Shown: positions 42,706 through 57,206 of the stretch, piece after piece
Layout: each line of letters opens with the position of its first letter
Position numbering within the stretch: the stretch's first letter is position 1
Assembly: GCF_009914755.1 (NCBI RefSeq)
Contig: NC_060926.1
DNA: 64,000 bases
DNA from: the human T2T-CHM13v2.0 reference genome, Homo sapiens
Direction: 5' to 3' (one strand)
The notes under the pieces: generated by a model
Told to the model about the DNA's origin: nothing
Databases searched by the model: none
Seen by the model: only the letters and a program-made list of their open reading frames with translations
Translations under genes and position numbers: made by a program

Positions 42706-45700
42706 TTTTACAGATCATTCCAGAAGAGCTGATGAACTCTGAATGGGTGTGGGTTTTTCAGTTTTGACATTTAACGATTTTATTAACATCTTTGCTTCTC
42801 ATGCACCTTAAATCCACAGGATATGCAGCTGGGAGCGAGTGTCCAGCCAACAGCCCGTGTCTCAGGCCCTGCCAGGGGATGAATCAATTAGCAAGAGAAG
42901 CAATGATGCAAATGCTCCGGGTCACTTGGGATGCTGTTTGCCTTTTTGATAGAGAAAGCACACCATAAATAACATCACACCTCAGGAAATCATTCCAGGA
43001 GGCCCCGATGCTGGCAGGGCTGCTGCCGGGGACGGAAGGAATCGTTTGCTCATTGTGTGTATTTCCCCCAGCTCAGTCAATGGGAGATTTGTAGTAAAAT
43101 CAAAGTATTTAAAAGGAGGACAGTATGTGGTAACAGAGGCATGTTTAGTAATTTTTTTAGTACCAGAACCTGTGATTTATGACCCAGAGTTACAGCCAAC
43201 TTTATTACAAAAATGACTTCACCCATAATAACCTTATTCAGGGCCCTCTGATGAATGATGTAGTATCCAACAGCATTATAATCTAGTAAATATTCAAACA
43301 CAATTCCCGCCTCCGCCTCCTTTCCAACCAACCCCTCAGAAGCAGGCTTCCCCCTTTACCTGCTGGGAGAAGTGGGGTCCTGGGTAAGGCTTTGTGCTCT
43401 GTCTGTGGGAGTTTGCCTGGATCAGGCATTTATACTAAGCCAGGACAGAAAGTGACCTCCTGGGGTCTCAGTCATATCTTGTCCAACCTTGTCCCCTGAG
43501 GAGTAATGAGCAGAAGACACCCACTCACCCTTCATTTCCTCTCTGTGCTGAAACTTATTTCCTCCCTGCATTCCCCCACTCCTCCAGAGCTCAGATCCCC
43601 ACCACCTGAAAGGAGCTCCAGTAAGCTCCCTGACATTTTTAATTGCCATGGTAACTGAGGGCTGCACTAAAACCGCCAGGGCTGGGTGTCCAAGCAGGGT
43701 CCCCTGGGCGTACCGGGATCTAGAAACTAGCCCTCCATCTTATTAAACTCCGGTGTCAGTTCCTAGCAATTGTTTTAAATTTACACCCTCAGAGTGGCTT
43801 AGTGGGATTACATGTCCATTTGCATTAAAACAGTTTTCTGTCATTAAACTGCCATACAATAAGCTTCCTTGGGACAAATTAATGAGCTCTAAATATCATC
43901 AAGTAGAAGTTCACTTCAAGACAGGCAACAAGGAGGGGGGTCGGAAGGAAGTGGCTGCTCAGAATCTCATGGCCCAGGAGAACGATAAGTGCCAACTAAA
44001 GAAGGGTCTTGTCCTGTTTCTTCACTGCACGATAAGTGGTCCTGATTTAGAGCCGAATGGGGAGATTTGGCAATATTCTCCCTGTTCGCCAAAATCCTAT
44101 AGCTCATCTTCTATTCCTTCTTCCAAATATGACTTTACCCTTGACTTTGCTGAAATTTGCTGATGAAACACTGACCTCTTGTCTCAGTGACAATGTCTCA
44201 GCCTCATTTTCTTTGTCCTGTAGTTTCTCTGTCCTTGAGGAACTTGCGTGCATCCACGTGGCCTGGGAACAACACGCACACAACGCAGCACTATGTGTAG
44301 CTTGAACAAGTGCTCCCTAACTTTGTTAGTTCCCACACACTTTGCTAAAATGCATGTATGATTGCTACTGAACTGTCTGGGTCCTCAGACCTTATCGGGA
44401 CCCTGGAACACGAGTCCTGATCAGGAGCACCTTTCATGGTCATCAGGAGCAGAATAGGAACAGGGAACAGTTTAGCTTCTAAGACTGAATTTGTCCTGCT
44501 CACAAGAATCACCAGAGCTTGTCCTCACAAATACATATGTGTGTCTAAGTAGAAATTTTTCATTAACACCAAATAAACCCCCAAACCTTCCCTTATGTAA
44601 AGGAAATAAGACTGGCTGCTAGACAGACTTCTTGATCCACAGAGGCTGTGATCTCATTTCTGTGTAGCCTTAACAGGGGACAGTAATGTATGATTGAGAC
44701 ACTGCTATATTTAGGAATGACAAGATGAACATTATTAATAGCTTAATTGACATTAAGGCAATTACCCCTACCCTTATTACAGTTTGTAGAATTACACAGA
44801 AAATATTGGCTGGGGCCTTTTTTTCCCTAGAGCTACCCAAGGATACAGCATTTTATTTCATGCCAGATCCCAGCTTTGACATTAGATACTTAGCCATAGA
44901 ATGATTCCAGTAAATCATTATAAATGCATTATAATAAAGATGTTATGAGCTATCAGATATTAACCCCCAACCCCTAAAGAGAGATAAATAGTCCAGTTGC
45001 ATGATTCCCACTTTTGTTTCATAAGAAATAAGCTTTTGCAAAGAGCAACTGACTAATGAATTATAAAATGGTGTGTTGAGCTCAGATAATTAAACAATGC
45101 ATTTTAGTGTCTAGTGCAGGATGAACACTAAATCATACACAAATAAAAAAGGTAAAAATCTGAGCCCCATGCCTAACTCCTATTTTTGAATAACATTAAT
45201 GTTGGTCTACAGTCCAAAAATGCTTCAACTATTTTCTTATCTGATTAGAGAGGCATATCAAGTATAAGATCAAGGCACAGTAGGCAAACTAAACCAACAG
45301 TCAGAACAAAAACTGTGAAGGTGCTAATTTCAGATAAGCCCACAAGGTTATTTTAATGGAGATTTTACATGGAGATTGCTTTTTCCCCCAAAGTGTTAAT
45401 GGGACAAAAGTCTAGAAGGACCTGGAAGTTTTCAGGTTTCCTTATACTTTATATTTTCTCTGAACTCATAATAAAGCATATTAGTGGGAATGGGATCTAT
45501 GCTATTGGTGGTGGTCTTAGCCTTATAGTGTTGGAAAGATGAATACACATCCTAAAATCTTCTCTAGGTTGTGGAGGTGCAGGGATGAGGAGGGGTTGGT
45601 TTGGGTTTCAACCATTATCCTCCCCAGGTGGTGGTATCCTGCCCAGCAGGGCTTCATCTAGTGGTCAACCATGGAACACCATGACATTTTCACCAGTGGC

Positions 45701-46084
45701 CCTCAGACAGGGCTGGTTTGCCATTGGCTGCCATTTCCTGGCATGTCGTAGATTTGCTGCGTGATTTGAAGCTGTGCTTCAGCACATCCTGAATGTGTTT
45801 TTTAGTCTTTCAGTATCTCAAAGACATGGTGTCCGCCTCAAGGTAGTCTCCTATTTCTTCGTCAAATAGCACATCATTAAGGACTGTGTGGCCAAAATTA
45901 CAGATGGTCTTGGACTCTGTATGGGCAATGACCACCTGTGCTGGTAATCGAGGCTTCCCTGGAACACCTGGGAACATACCACACAGCCAGTCCTCTCCTG
46001 TGCTCCAGTCAAGCTTAACCTCACAGCCCGATACTCCCTCCACTTCCCTAGCTCCATGTGTTAGCCACTGCAGGTTAATTGATC

Positions 46085-46225
46085 TAAGGCTTATTTTCTT
46101 CAAATATAAAATGAAGATAATAATGCCTACCCAGAGGGTCATGTGAACATTAAATGAGATCAATTATGTAAAGATCTATCTATGCAGTGCCTTTCACAGA
46201 GTATGCCCACAAATAAATGTTACCT
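46085..46225 (+). mobile_element. MIR SINE
   Basis: ataaaatgaagataataatgcctacccagagggtcatgtgaacattaaatgagat. Confidence 0.75.
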
Positions 46226-46419
46226 GTTTCATTTTAGTTATCTATGTTTAGCTATCTTTGTGTTTTTTCTATCCTGCTTCTTCTCGCTCCACTATACTCT
46301 TACATCCTAATTCTCTCTCTCTCTCATACACACATACTTTGCTGTGTCTAGCACAGTGCTTTGCTTGTGGCTCACACTCTACATGCTTGTTACCCTGAAC
46401 TATTAACAAAAGCAGCTGC

Positions 46420-46660
46420 TAGTAACAGTTAATGTTTTCTGACCACCTACATGAGCCAGGCACTATGCTAAGTATCATCACTTCCTTTAATTCTCACAAG
46501 CTTATGAGACAAATACTATTTTAATTCTCATCTATCGGAAATTAAAGATTAAAGATGTTCTATAACTTGCCCAAGGTCACACAAGCTCTTAAGTGGATAG
46601 TCAAGATCCAAACTCAGAACCGGCCTGGATTTGAAATCTCAGTTCTTAACTATCACTGTG
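46420..46660 (-). mobile_element. MIR SINE
   Basis: gccaggcactatgctaag...taacttgcccaaggtcacacaag. Confidence 0.8.
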
Positions 46661-47441
46661 TCAGACTGATTTTGTTAGCTTTTTCCTCCTTTAGACTGGG
46701 CCCTATCAAGGGATCAGAGATAAGCATGTACCCACTCTCAGATGAGTGATCCCACGACCTCAAGTTTTGAAGTTCCAGGAAGTCCAGAAGTGTATGCTAA
46801 CTCTAGTTTATAGCTGTTCAAAAGTCACTTGTCTAAAAACTTCAGGGACATTATGTAAAACCATCCAAAAAACATTATTGCACACCCCATACAGTTAATT
46901 TCACTTTGCAAGAATGTGTTTGAGGGAGGTGATGCACTTGGCTATGTATTCAGGTTGGTGGCCACAATATATGGAGCTGTGCTGTCATCCTTGACACTCT
47001 GGCTTACTGGCAGCCTCGCTCCAACACACTGTCACAGGCGAGGGATGGCCTCCCAGTCTTGACTCAGAACACTTAAGCTTCCTAATGGTCCAAGTCTCAC
47101 AAACCACACACCTCCCTTAATTAAAAAAGTAAATTAAAAGGAGTATTTCAACTTAGGGATGAATTATCTTAGTAATTTAAGATTGACATTTTATTGGATA
47201 AAAGGACATGTATGAGTTTATTTTAAAATACTGCCTTCATGAACAAGAGACCACAGAAAAGATTATCCTGAGGTTGCAAGGCGTTTGTAGAGCCAGAGGA
47301 CACCCTTGCAAAACAGCCACTGTGAGAGGCCAGTTGCTGCAAATCACAGGTCAGCCACTTCTACACTTGTCCTTCAAGCACATCAGCCGGACATTTGGAG
47401 TTTTCTATAGTCTTCATTTCAAACTCGATCATCCTGAGTGT

Positions 47442-47836
47442 TGTGGTGGACACTACTAGTGTCACAAAGAGTCCAGCACCCTCTCCTTCCAGGTATATAA
47501 ACGGTGCATTGCTGGGCTCCTTTGCAGTTGGATAGGTCAGGTAATTTGTCTGTTGTGAAGAGTTACTATGTTTCACTTCTAAGCCGAAGCATTTGATTGT
47601 CAATGGAATACCCTCCAGCTCTCTCCTTCCCTGCAGAAGTAATCTTGGAAGCATGTGTTGAGATGACAGAGTTCCCAATAGCCTAGATTCCTGAATGACT
47701 TAGTGGAGCTGAGTCCTCCACAGGTCCATGTTGGACATGCACAATCAGTGAGAATAAACTTTTGTTGGATTAAGTCACCGATGTTTGGAGACTGTTCATT
47801 ACCACAACAAAATGTAGCCAAATCCCGACTAATCCA
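47442..47836 (+). mobile_element. MaLR solo LTR (MLT1I/J-like)
   Basis: tgtggtgg...gtgagaataaacttttgttggattaagtcaccgatgtttgg...ccgactaatcca. Confidence 0.75.
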
Positions 47837-49011
47837 GGAATTAACCTTTTGTTCAGAAAATACAGCCCTTCTAAGTCATAAACCCATATTCTCTTTCCAA
47901 TAGCTTATTAAATGGTTTATGTATTTTCCATCTTTTTGATATACTCTCAGATGCCTAAAATTACCACAGTGACCTTGGATTGGACAAGGTAGTTGTTTGT
48001 CTTTTAGCCATTAATAAATATTGCTACTGTGGAATGAGTGAGGGAAACAGAAGAAGACAAGGTTGGCCTTTTGAAAATAATATGGCATCATGTAACGATG
48101 AAAAAGAGAAAAAATACAGAAAAAAGAGAAAACAAGAGAAAAAGGAAAAACAAGTCTATAAGAGAGAAAAGTAGAGAAAAACAAAACAATAGAAATGCTG
48201 GGCAATTTGTTTCAGATTCACTATAACCAACTGCTTGTTGTTGGGTTCTGCTCTAGAAGGCATCTCTCAGGATGCCTTTGACCCTCAGCACCTTTTTGTG
48301 TATGTGCCTAGCATACTGAGGTGCTCAATAAATGTTGATTGAAAGGGTAAATAAAGGAATAAATTTCCATTTTATAATCTTGGAAGCATATATTACTTTA
48401 AACGGCCTATGACTATGAATGGACATTCCATTGCACATTGAAAGGCAGTACAACAAGTGAGAAGGGAAGTAGAAATATATGAGTTTGAATAGCTCTTCAT
48501 AACCTTTAAACCTGAGTCCTTGCAAAGAGCAACTATGAGGTCAGAGCAATAATTCTTTGTCCTAAAAACAGGACACCACTGATAACTCAGAGCCGTCTGT
48601 TGAAGAAAGTGTTTCAAATAAACTGGTTAGCAATGCCCTTGTTTTGTTTGCCTCTGGATGGGAAGAACTAGGAGTGCAATCAGCACCGAGGTGTCTATAG
48701 TCTTGATGTGGTGGGAGATGAAAGTAGGGGAACTGAATAATGTATTTTTTCAAAACCTTGAATGGAGCGAGAAATACTGATAAAAAGGAAGAGTTGTGAG
48801 TCATTCTTCTGCTGATGCCAACTGGGAAGCTCCAGTAGTATATTCCCCTGGTGATGAAGTAATTCACTTTTTCTGAGATTAACATTCTGTAGTAAGGCTG
48901 TTCCTCATACAAGGTTGCTCACAGGTAAAGTTAATAAAAGGCAGAGTCTAAGAATTCATAAGGAAGTTTGCCTTTCCATGGGGAGAAAGCATGCAATCAG
49001 GGTCTCTAGTC

Positions 49012-49056
49012 TGTGTGCACACGTGTGTGTGCGCGTGTGTGTGTGCGCGCGCGCAC
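49012..49056. repeat. 45-bp alternating purine-pyrimidine (TG/CG) tract
   Basis: tgtgtgcacacgtgtgtgtgcgcgtgtgtgtgtgcgcgcgcgcac. Confidence 0.9.
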
Positions 49057-50234
49057 TCATATGCACAGCTCAGATGTCCAGGACTTGAGATGAGAATGGA
49101 AAGCACCGAATAAGAAGAAAGCTGCCACACAGTAGGCTGAAGGAGAATGACTACAACCTTTAGGCTGAAAAAAAAAAACACTACATGCTGGCGTGTATCC
49201 TTGTGGATATGTGGAAACACAACAAAAATATTGGTCCATCCTGGCTGCAGTTTTAAAGGAAAGGAAGATCTCCTGGCATCAACATCTCTTGGAGATGAAC
49301 ACACTATACATGCAAGTTCAAATCTATCATCTTCCACCAGTCAACCCAAGCTACATTCCCCTTCCATTTATTATCAAAGGAATAAGCACTTTTGTTTCCC
49401 AGGCTTAACTCCTCAAAATCATGAGCTTTTCTTCCCTACCTTTCCCTTCATTCGAACTCTTTCCTTTCAAAATGTTTATAGAATTCATTCTTATCCTCTC
49501 CCTGCCTGGGGGGTTTATCTAGCTAGTCTAAATTCTAGATCATTGCCTTTCTATAGGAAATATAAAACACACAAATAATGAAATACCCATAATCCAAGGC
49601 AGAAATCATGAGTGTTATAGTAACAATGGCCTCAAGAGCTAGACTGCCCAGGCAGCTCATATTTCATACAGTTTTACTATTTTAAATAAAATCAATTTGA
49701 AAAAATCATTATGTTGAAGAATAAAAATGTTTAAATATTACCTGATTTTTTTTTCTCATTTCTTTTTTCCCTTTTGACCTTCCTCCTTCCCCATGCAAGA
49801 AGCTGGACATGTCTCTGCTATTTAACTCAAGGAAGGAATAAGACAGTATTAAAGAGAAGAATTCTTTCCCTGACTTGCATATTTCCAAAGCCGAGCCCCT
49901 CAGGGATATAAAGACTTAAGGTAGAGGCAAAAGATTTGGGAAAAAATAACGTGAATTTAAGGTAGGCTTTACCCTTCTACCTCTTACCAAAGAAAAGATT
50001 CCCAGGATTGATGGAAGGGGATATTTGGAAGGAAGCAATGGGAACAGAGATGTTGGTGGGCTTAGGTCCCCAAAAATAAGAACCTGGGTCCTGTCCACCA
50101 GTTTTAGATGTGGGAAGGTGGCAAACCCCCCATAGTAGTTTATGGGCATAGAGATAAAGGAAGCAAAGTTTAGTAAATTGGCTCTGGAGGTTGATTTGGC
50201 ATCATTTGGTAAAATTGAAACATTGGAAAAATTT

Positions 50235-50395
50235 TTACACATATACATAAAAAGCTTTGTACAAAAATGTTTATTCCAGCATTACTTCTAGTGGAAGAAA
50301 GCTTCCCAACAACCTAAATATCCATTAATAGAAGAGGGAATAAATAAAATGTGAAATATGTTGACTGTAGACTATTGTGTAGCAAAAAAAAAAAT
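50235..50395 (+). mobile_element. Old L1M fragment
   Basis: tgtacaaaaatgtttattccagcatta...aacaacctaaatatccattaatag. Confidence 0.65.
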
Positions 50396-53300
50396 GGTTA
50401 AAATAATAGAAGACAGTACAGAAGAATTTAGATCTTAGAATCCAACTGTCTTGAGAGTTAAAGCCTCAAGAGTTAAACTTTAAGTGCCTCATTTTACAGA
50501 TGAGAAGGAATGGGGGACCTGAAGGCTAAGTGATTTCTTGAAAGCAGGCTGTTGTTTCGACTTCCAACCTGGCCTTTCATCCATGATGTCATTAGATGCC
50601 CCAAGCTACCTGGTATAGTTCAGTCTATTCCAGGAAGCAGAACATCATCCCCTCTGATCTCTCTATTAGTCTAGCACAGAAGAACAAAAAGAGGAGGGGA
50701 AAGGGGAAGAAAAAAAAGGTTGCCCTTGTTCTTGAGGTCACAGTTCAGATGAAGAACAGAATCATAATATGAAACCATAAAAGCCACTTAAGTGACACAG
50801 TTCTCTTATTTCCCACATTCACAGCTTAAGAAGTCTTTTGATCATCTCCGGATCTCCATTTTCTTACTAGCAAAACAAGGGGTTCAGCTAGGAAGAACGA
50901 CCATCGACTCCTTAAGTTCAAACTAGTCTCCTTGTAAGGAATCTAACTTTTAGCTATGGAATCTAAGCTGTCTCGATTTCACGGTTGAAATCTACACTCA
51001 CAAAATATTTCATACACTTTCCCCAAATCTCTTGTCTATACTCTAACAGTTCCTTCTGACTGGTGAAACCTAGAGACCGTATCTGATGCTTCTTTGCCAA
51101 TATAATGTTTAATTCTCAGCACTCTGATAAACTTGTAGGAAGAATTTTCTGCCTTTGTTTTAAAGATAGGCACTACATTAAAATCTCAATACTAAATGGC
51201 AATCCAGGCACTTATTTTTTCAAGACTGAGATCCCAATGTCAGCGAAACGGCTTTGGCTTCATCACTTTGCAAGCCTGAGGTGGGAGTGGACATCTCCAC
51301 CTGCCAGCGCTTATCTCTCGGCATGGTCTGATGGGCCGAATGGGAGTGGGAGTCAGGAACTCCACGGTAAGTACTAATTGTGTGACTGATTTGGGGCTGT
51401 GACATCAGAGAAAACTGTTCCACTTCAGGCTTCTTGTGCAAAGGAGGAGAAAATTGTAAAGAGAAAATTTCTCTGAAAAGTACATCATGCTCCAGAGGCC
51501 AAATGTGACAGTCATTAAGGAAGCAAGAGGAGATGGCTTCTTCCCCAGCCATGACGGGATCACTCATGGTATCCCCACCCACGCTGCCAGTGTGTCACAG
51601 CTCAGCCACAGAAACACAGCAACTTTCATGCAAATGGCTCAAATTCACTTTTCACATTTAAAGTAACACATTTTGTAATTATTAATGGTTAATTCCTGTG
51701 ACCACCCATGAGTGAAGGGCATTTCCGTCTCCCACATCTTTAATGGCAAATAATTAATGATGTGTTAGAAATTAACAACAATTAACAGTGCATAAGAACA
51801 ATGGCAGAAGGTCAGAGACTCTGAAGAAATGCAACGTTTAGCTTCTCGGGCAGAATCTGGCAGTCTCAAGGAGGGAGACTCCAGGCAGAAATGTTTCCCT
51901 CAGATACAAATACACCTCAACTCTTGCTCCAGAACATGGGCCCAAATACAATCACTTTTTAAGACTAAGTATGTTGAAGGAAATAAACAACTACCCAGCA
52001 CTTCTATTAAGCTTATTAGTTTTGCTAAACAAGCAAAATGGTATAACATATTAAATTTTTAGCTTAGTATTAATGAGCATTGCCTGAAATATAGAACAAA
52101 TTTCTGATTTAGCAATTACATGATCATTTTAGAATGTAGTAGGGTCTAGTGAATTTCTAGAAAGAACTCTGAGTAACATGTAGATATAAATCACTTATAG
52201 AAACTGTATGTGTATATCATATTTTTGTGTTTATAGGATCTCTGCAAGTATTATTGCTGTATATAGGCAAGTTTAATAAATTGCCTTAACTTTACCTACA
52301 TGATAGATAAGTGGCAGATAATATTACTATTGGAGTGTTGAATTTCCCAGCCTTGCTCTATGCACTTTTATCCTATTTTCCAAAACAAAAAAAAACAAAA
52401 AAAAAAACAAAAAACAAAAAAACAAAACAGAAGTCCTTGGGCCAAAGTCTTATATGTCTCAATGTTGAAAATAAAGTCAGAGAAAGTGAGTCAAGCTCAA
52501 ATACACAAACTGATGATCTAACCAAGGATATCCACCAAGGGTATCCTACTATAGAACAGGCATGAGATATATATATTCTGCTTCCACCCACAAAGTAATT
52601 ATAATTATAATTATATTACCTGTAATTATAAACATAATTAATTATATTCCTGCAGCACTTTAGAGCTTACAAAGTGCATTCACATACATTAATTATTTAA
52701 CCTCATCTGCACCTGGGAGGCAGGCATAGCCGAAAACCCACAGAATAAAACCACCGGCTTCATATTGAACCCAGATCTATTGCTTCCAGGTGGCCACTTC
52801 CTTCTTTCCATCTTGTGATTATCCCCTTAAACCAAGCATGTTCTGAAAATGGGGGGAGAATCCATTTTCTAGAAGCAATGATATTTCTAGCTTCTTGGTC
52901 AAGCAACTTCCAAACCAGGAAAAGTGATTTTCAGGGAAGGAAGAGCCCAAAATTTGTGGGGAGGAAGCACCAATCACAACTACCTCAAGGCTCTGGTTTG
53001 GCTCGGGCGCACAGGAGCAGTTGGTGGGGCCTGAGCCTCACCTCTGTCCACGTTTTCATAGGCAAGAGTAATTCAAAGAATGACAGACTTTTGGAGGTAG
53101 AACAGAAACATGTCCTGCACATCTAGGAAGTGTGCCTTGCTGAAAATGCAAAGAGAGCCCAAACTCCACAGCAGCTTATGGAAGGAACGATCATGATGAG
53201 ACCTTGCAGTTCAGCCCTTGTGCTTTGCAGGTTAGGGGATCAAATGTGCACTCCTCTGCCTGCTTTTCAAGGTTCCACACCCCCCTTCTCAAAACCCCCA

Positions 53301-53629
53301 TATCATATTGGATATGCGGCACACAGCTGTCTAGCCCCATTTCCCATTGCACCTTAATATCCTAACCAGTCACCCTCGCACAACCGTGCAGCTCTCTGTT
53401 CCTGTTCCCATTCCTGGGCTCCTCATGTGCAGGCTCTTGCCTGCTGTTAGTGGATTCAAATCCCACCCAGCCTTCAAGGCCCAGCCCAAGGCCCACCTCC
53501 TTCCACCAGACATAAGGGAAAGTAGATTTTGGCCCTTCTAGGGAAGAACTTACAGTCTTCTCAGAGAAGAGATTTGTATTCAAGCAGCCATAGAAGTTGG
53601 AAGGTGTTCAGTGAGTAGCCCTAAAACGG

Positions 53630-53804
53630 AGCTCCTTAAGTATGGACCAGCAGATCAGTATCACCTGGGAACTCATTAGTAATGCAAATTTTGGGGTCCT
53701 GCCCTGGACTTACTGAATTAGGATCTCCAGGATCCGCTAAGGAGTCATTGGTTTAACAAGCCCTCCAGGTGAATCTGATGAATGCTAAAGTTGGAGAGCC
53801 CCTG
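53630..53804. mobile_element. MER5A DNA transposon
   Basis: atcagtatcacctgggaactcattagtaatgcaaatt...tttaacaagccctccaggtgaatctgatg. Confidence 0.85.
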
Positions 53805-54069
53805 CCTTAAAAGAAGTGAATTTGTGGGAAGTCAAAGGAGTAATTGACTTCCAGGGAAGTCTTCTAGAAGAAATTGGCTTTTGAGGTTTGGCCCTTTAAG
53901 ACTGTTAAGATTCAGACACCTGGAGAGGAGTGGCAGGCATCCCAAGAGTAAAGACAATGTGAGCAGAGACCCAAATCCAGAAAGGCACAGGGGGTCTGGA
54001 AACAGCAAGGACTTCCATGTGGCCAGTGTCCAGGATGGCTGGAGAGGAGTTGCTGGCAGTCAAATTTCA

Positions 54070-54591
<522 letters not shown>

Positions 54592-54989
54592 TCACAGCAA
54601 TAAGGATATAAGTTGAGCTTTGAGCTTGGCAGCTGCAAGCTTAGAGCTTGACTTTAGGGCAATTTGGGAGCCATCTAGGGGTGGTTGACAGGCAAAACAG
54701 ACGGTTGGCAAGGAGACCAGTGCGGCAGCCATAACCCAGAAGAGAGATAATGAGAGTGAGGATTACAATTAGGGACAGGGGCATGAAAAGGAAGGGGCAG
54801 ATTCCAGATAGTGCAGGGTCAGAGGAGCAGGACTTGACCAGCAATAAAATGGAAGGGACAAAGGAGAGGCTGGGGTCAAAAGTCTCCTGGGAGCTTAGTC
54901 TGGGAGGAAGCTGGAGTCATTAACTGAAGCAGAGAACAACAATAATGACAACAAATAGATCATCCTCTTCTTCATATTGGATTTTATTT

Positions 54990-55155
54990 ATCACACACTT
55001 ATATACCAGGTACTGTTCTAAGTGCTTTACATAGATCAGATCATTTAACTTTTACAACAGCCTCCAGAGGTAGTTACTATTATTCTTCCCATCTTACGGT
55101 TCAGAAAACTGAGGCACAGAGAATTTAAATAACTTGCCCAGGACCACGTAGTATA
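54990..55155 (-). mobile_element. MIR SINE
   Basis: ccaggtactgttctaagtgctttac...aaaactgaggcacagagaatttaaataacttgccca. Confidence 0.85.
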
Positions 55156-55296
55156 GCCTTCCTCGTCTACTCTTGCTGTAAAATAGCACTGGCATCTTGT
55201 CAGGGATTGGAATTCCTCAAAATGATTCAATTATGTTTCTTCCAAACTTGGAAACAAACAGAACTGTAGCCAAGTAAAGCAACAGGTTAATGAATC

Positions 55297-55475
55297 CAGT
55301 AGTTCTCAATCTTCCCCATGCACTAGTATCACCTGTGGTGCTTTACAAACTTACCAGTGCGGGGATCCCACATCCAGAGATCAGGATTGTGTTGGTCTAG
55401 GCTGATGCAGCATTTGTTGGTTTGCTCGTTTATTGTTTAAAGCTCCCCAGGTGTTTAATGTACACATAGCACTGA
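55297..55475. mobile_element. MER5-family DNA transposon
   Basis: cagtagttctcaa...tagtatcacctg...aaagctccccaggtg. Confidence 0.7.
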
Positions 55476-57206
55476 GTCTACTGAATAAATCAATTGACAA
55501 GCAAGCATTTGTTGCTTACCTACTAGGTGGTAAGTGCTGTGCTCCATGCAGTGGTAGATTCCAAAGGTGATCAAGATACACCCCAGCCCTCAGAATTGAT
55601 ATCTTCCAGGATTTGCATAAGGCTAAGGAAAAAGAAGCAATTTGGGAGCAGAGCAGAGGTGGTGAATTTAGCTAGTGACCCAGAATTAATCCTTGGAGCT
55701 TGCTAGGAGAAATAGGGAGTACTGGAGAAGAACAGTGTTTTCACTAAATAAAACAGATAAAGAAAACTCCAGAGGTTGCTGGGTAAAATTATCCCTTCAC
55801 TTTGGAGGTCAACTGGTGTAGACCAATTTGTCATCCTCTGTCTCCTTTCTATGCAATAGGAACTCTGAATGGCCTGTGTATCCAGGCACAGATCAGGCCC
55901 TGGCACCAAACCACCAATGGCAAGGCATATCTTTTTTTGGGCCAATGGGGAAAAAAGGAAAACATTTCAGCTGCTGCTAAGTCCCAGTGTCTTTATTTGA
56001 ACTTCCCTGGAACAGGCAAGTTAGTGATATTTATGGCTTACAAGAATTTCCATCTTTAAGTTTATCTTCTTGTTAAAAATCAGCCATCCCTCTACCCAAA
56101 ACAACTGAAGACAATAAATCAAAGCTTAAATAAGAATCAAAGACTTATCTCTCCATGTAGGAATCCCTATAGTTGCTAACATACTATATTTTACTATCAG
56201 GCATCATAAGAGGTTAAGTGATTGGGAGGCAGGGACGAGCTTCCCTTCAACTGGGTGTGCAGAAGCCATGGAAATGAGACCAGACGTTGTCCAAACTAAG
56301 GGAGGAAGAGCTGGGCTAGCATTTTCCAATGAATTCCAGCACCTCATGCCACACTTACCTCTCCCAAATGACGCACACTGTGCTGTTGTTATTCTTAACT
56401 GATTCTGCCAATTGATGACTACACTCTCCAATCTGGTTCCTTTCCCTTTTGCAGAAACAGTGGTGTCAAAACAAGCCTGTCTCATTTCTGAATACTGAAC
56501 GGATGTACCATTCTATCACTGTCAGCGAGGGAATGACAGCGGAGTTTGGCAGCAGCCTTAAGCCAGTGCCATAAGCTGCTGATATTGTAGCAAAATGTAA
56601 AAGAGGTACTATTTGGTGCCCACTGGCCTGCTCTGTGCTCTTGTTGTCCACACCTGTGTTCAAGTGCAGTGTTAGTGACAGGTCCAGACAGTGGCCATTC
56701 TACCCTAACACCCAAGTTGTTCCCATGGCCCACCTACCACGCATTGCCCGAGTTGGGGGTGACATTTACTTACTGCTCAAAAGCAGCCTTTTTCACAGAT
56801 ACAGTAGAAGGGGCCCATGGAAGTAGGCCTTTTACTACCAAACATGTTTACTGATCAAGTTACCACATTGTCCAAAAATTTTCTTTTCTGAAGAATTTCT
56901 GAACATATTTTTTCTGAAAAATCTTGATCAGTGTTTTCTTTTGGAAAAACGTGGGAGGACTGCTCACTCCCTCAGAACTTCTCTTTTAAAATGCAGTTAA
57001 TCTTTGGAATTTAAGTTCTACATCTTAATGCACTTTTATTATTTATTCCCCATCACACAGAAAGTTTTCCAGGAGTAATAACATATATACAGAGACTATA
57101 GAATTTAAAACATACAAATCATGGTCATGGAAATGCTTTGTTCTCAAATGCAATCCCATATGGGCAGATAGGGTCCTAATCTCCCTAGTAGTGAAAATGG
57201 CTACCC

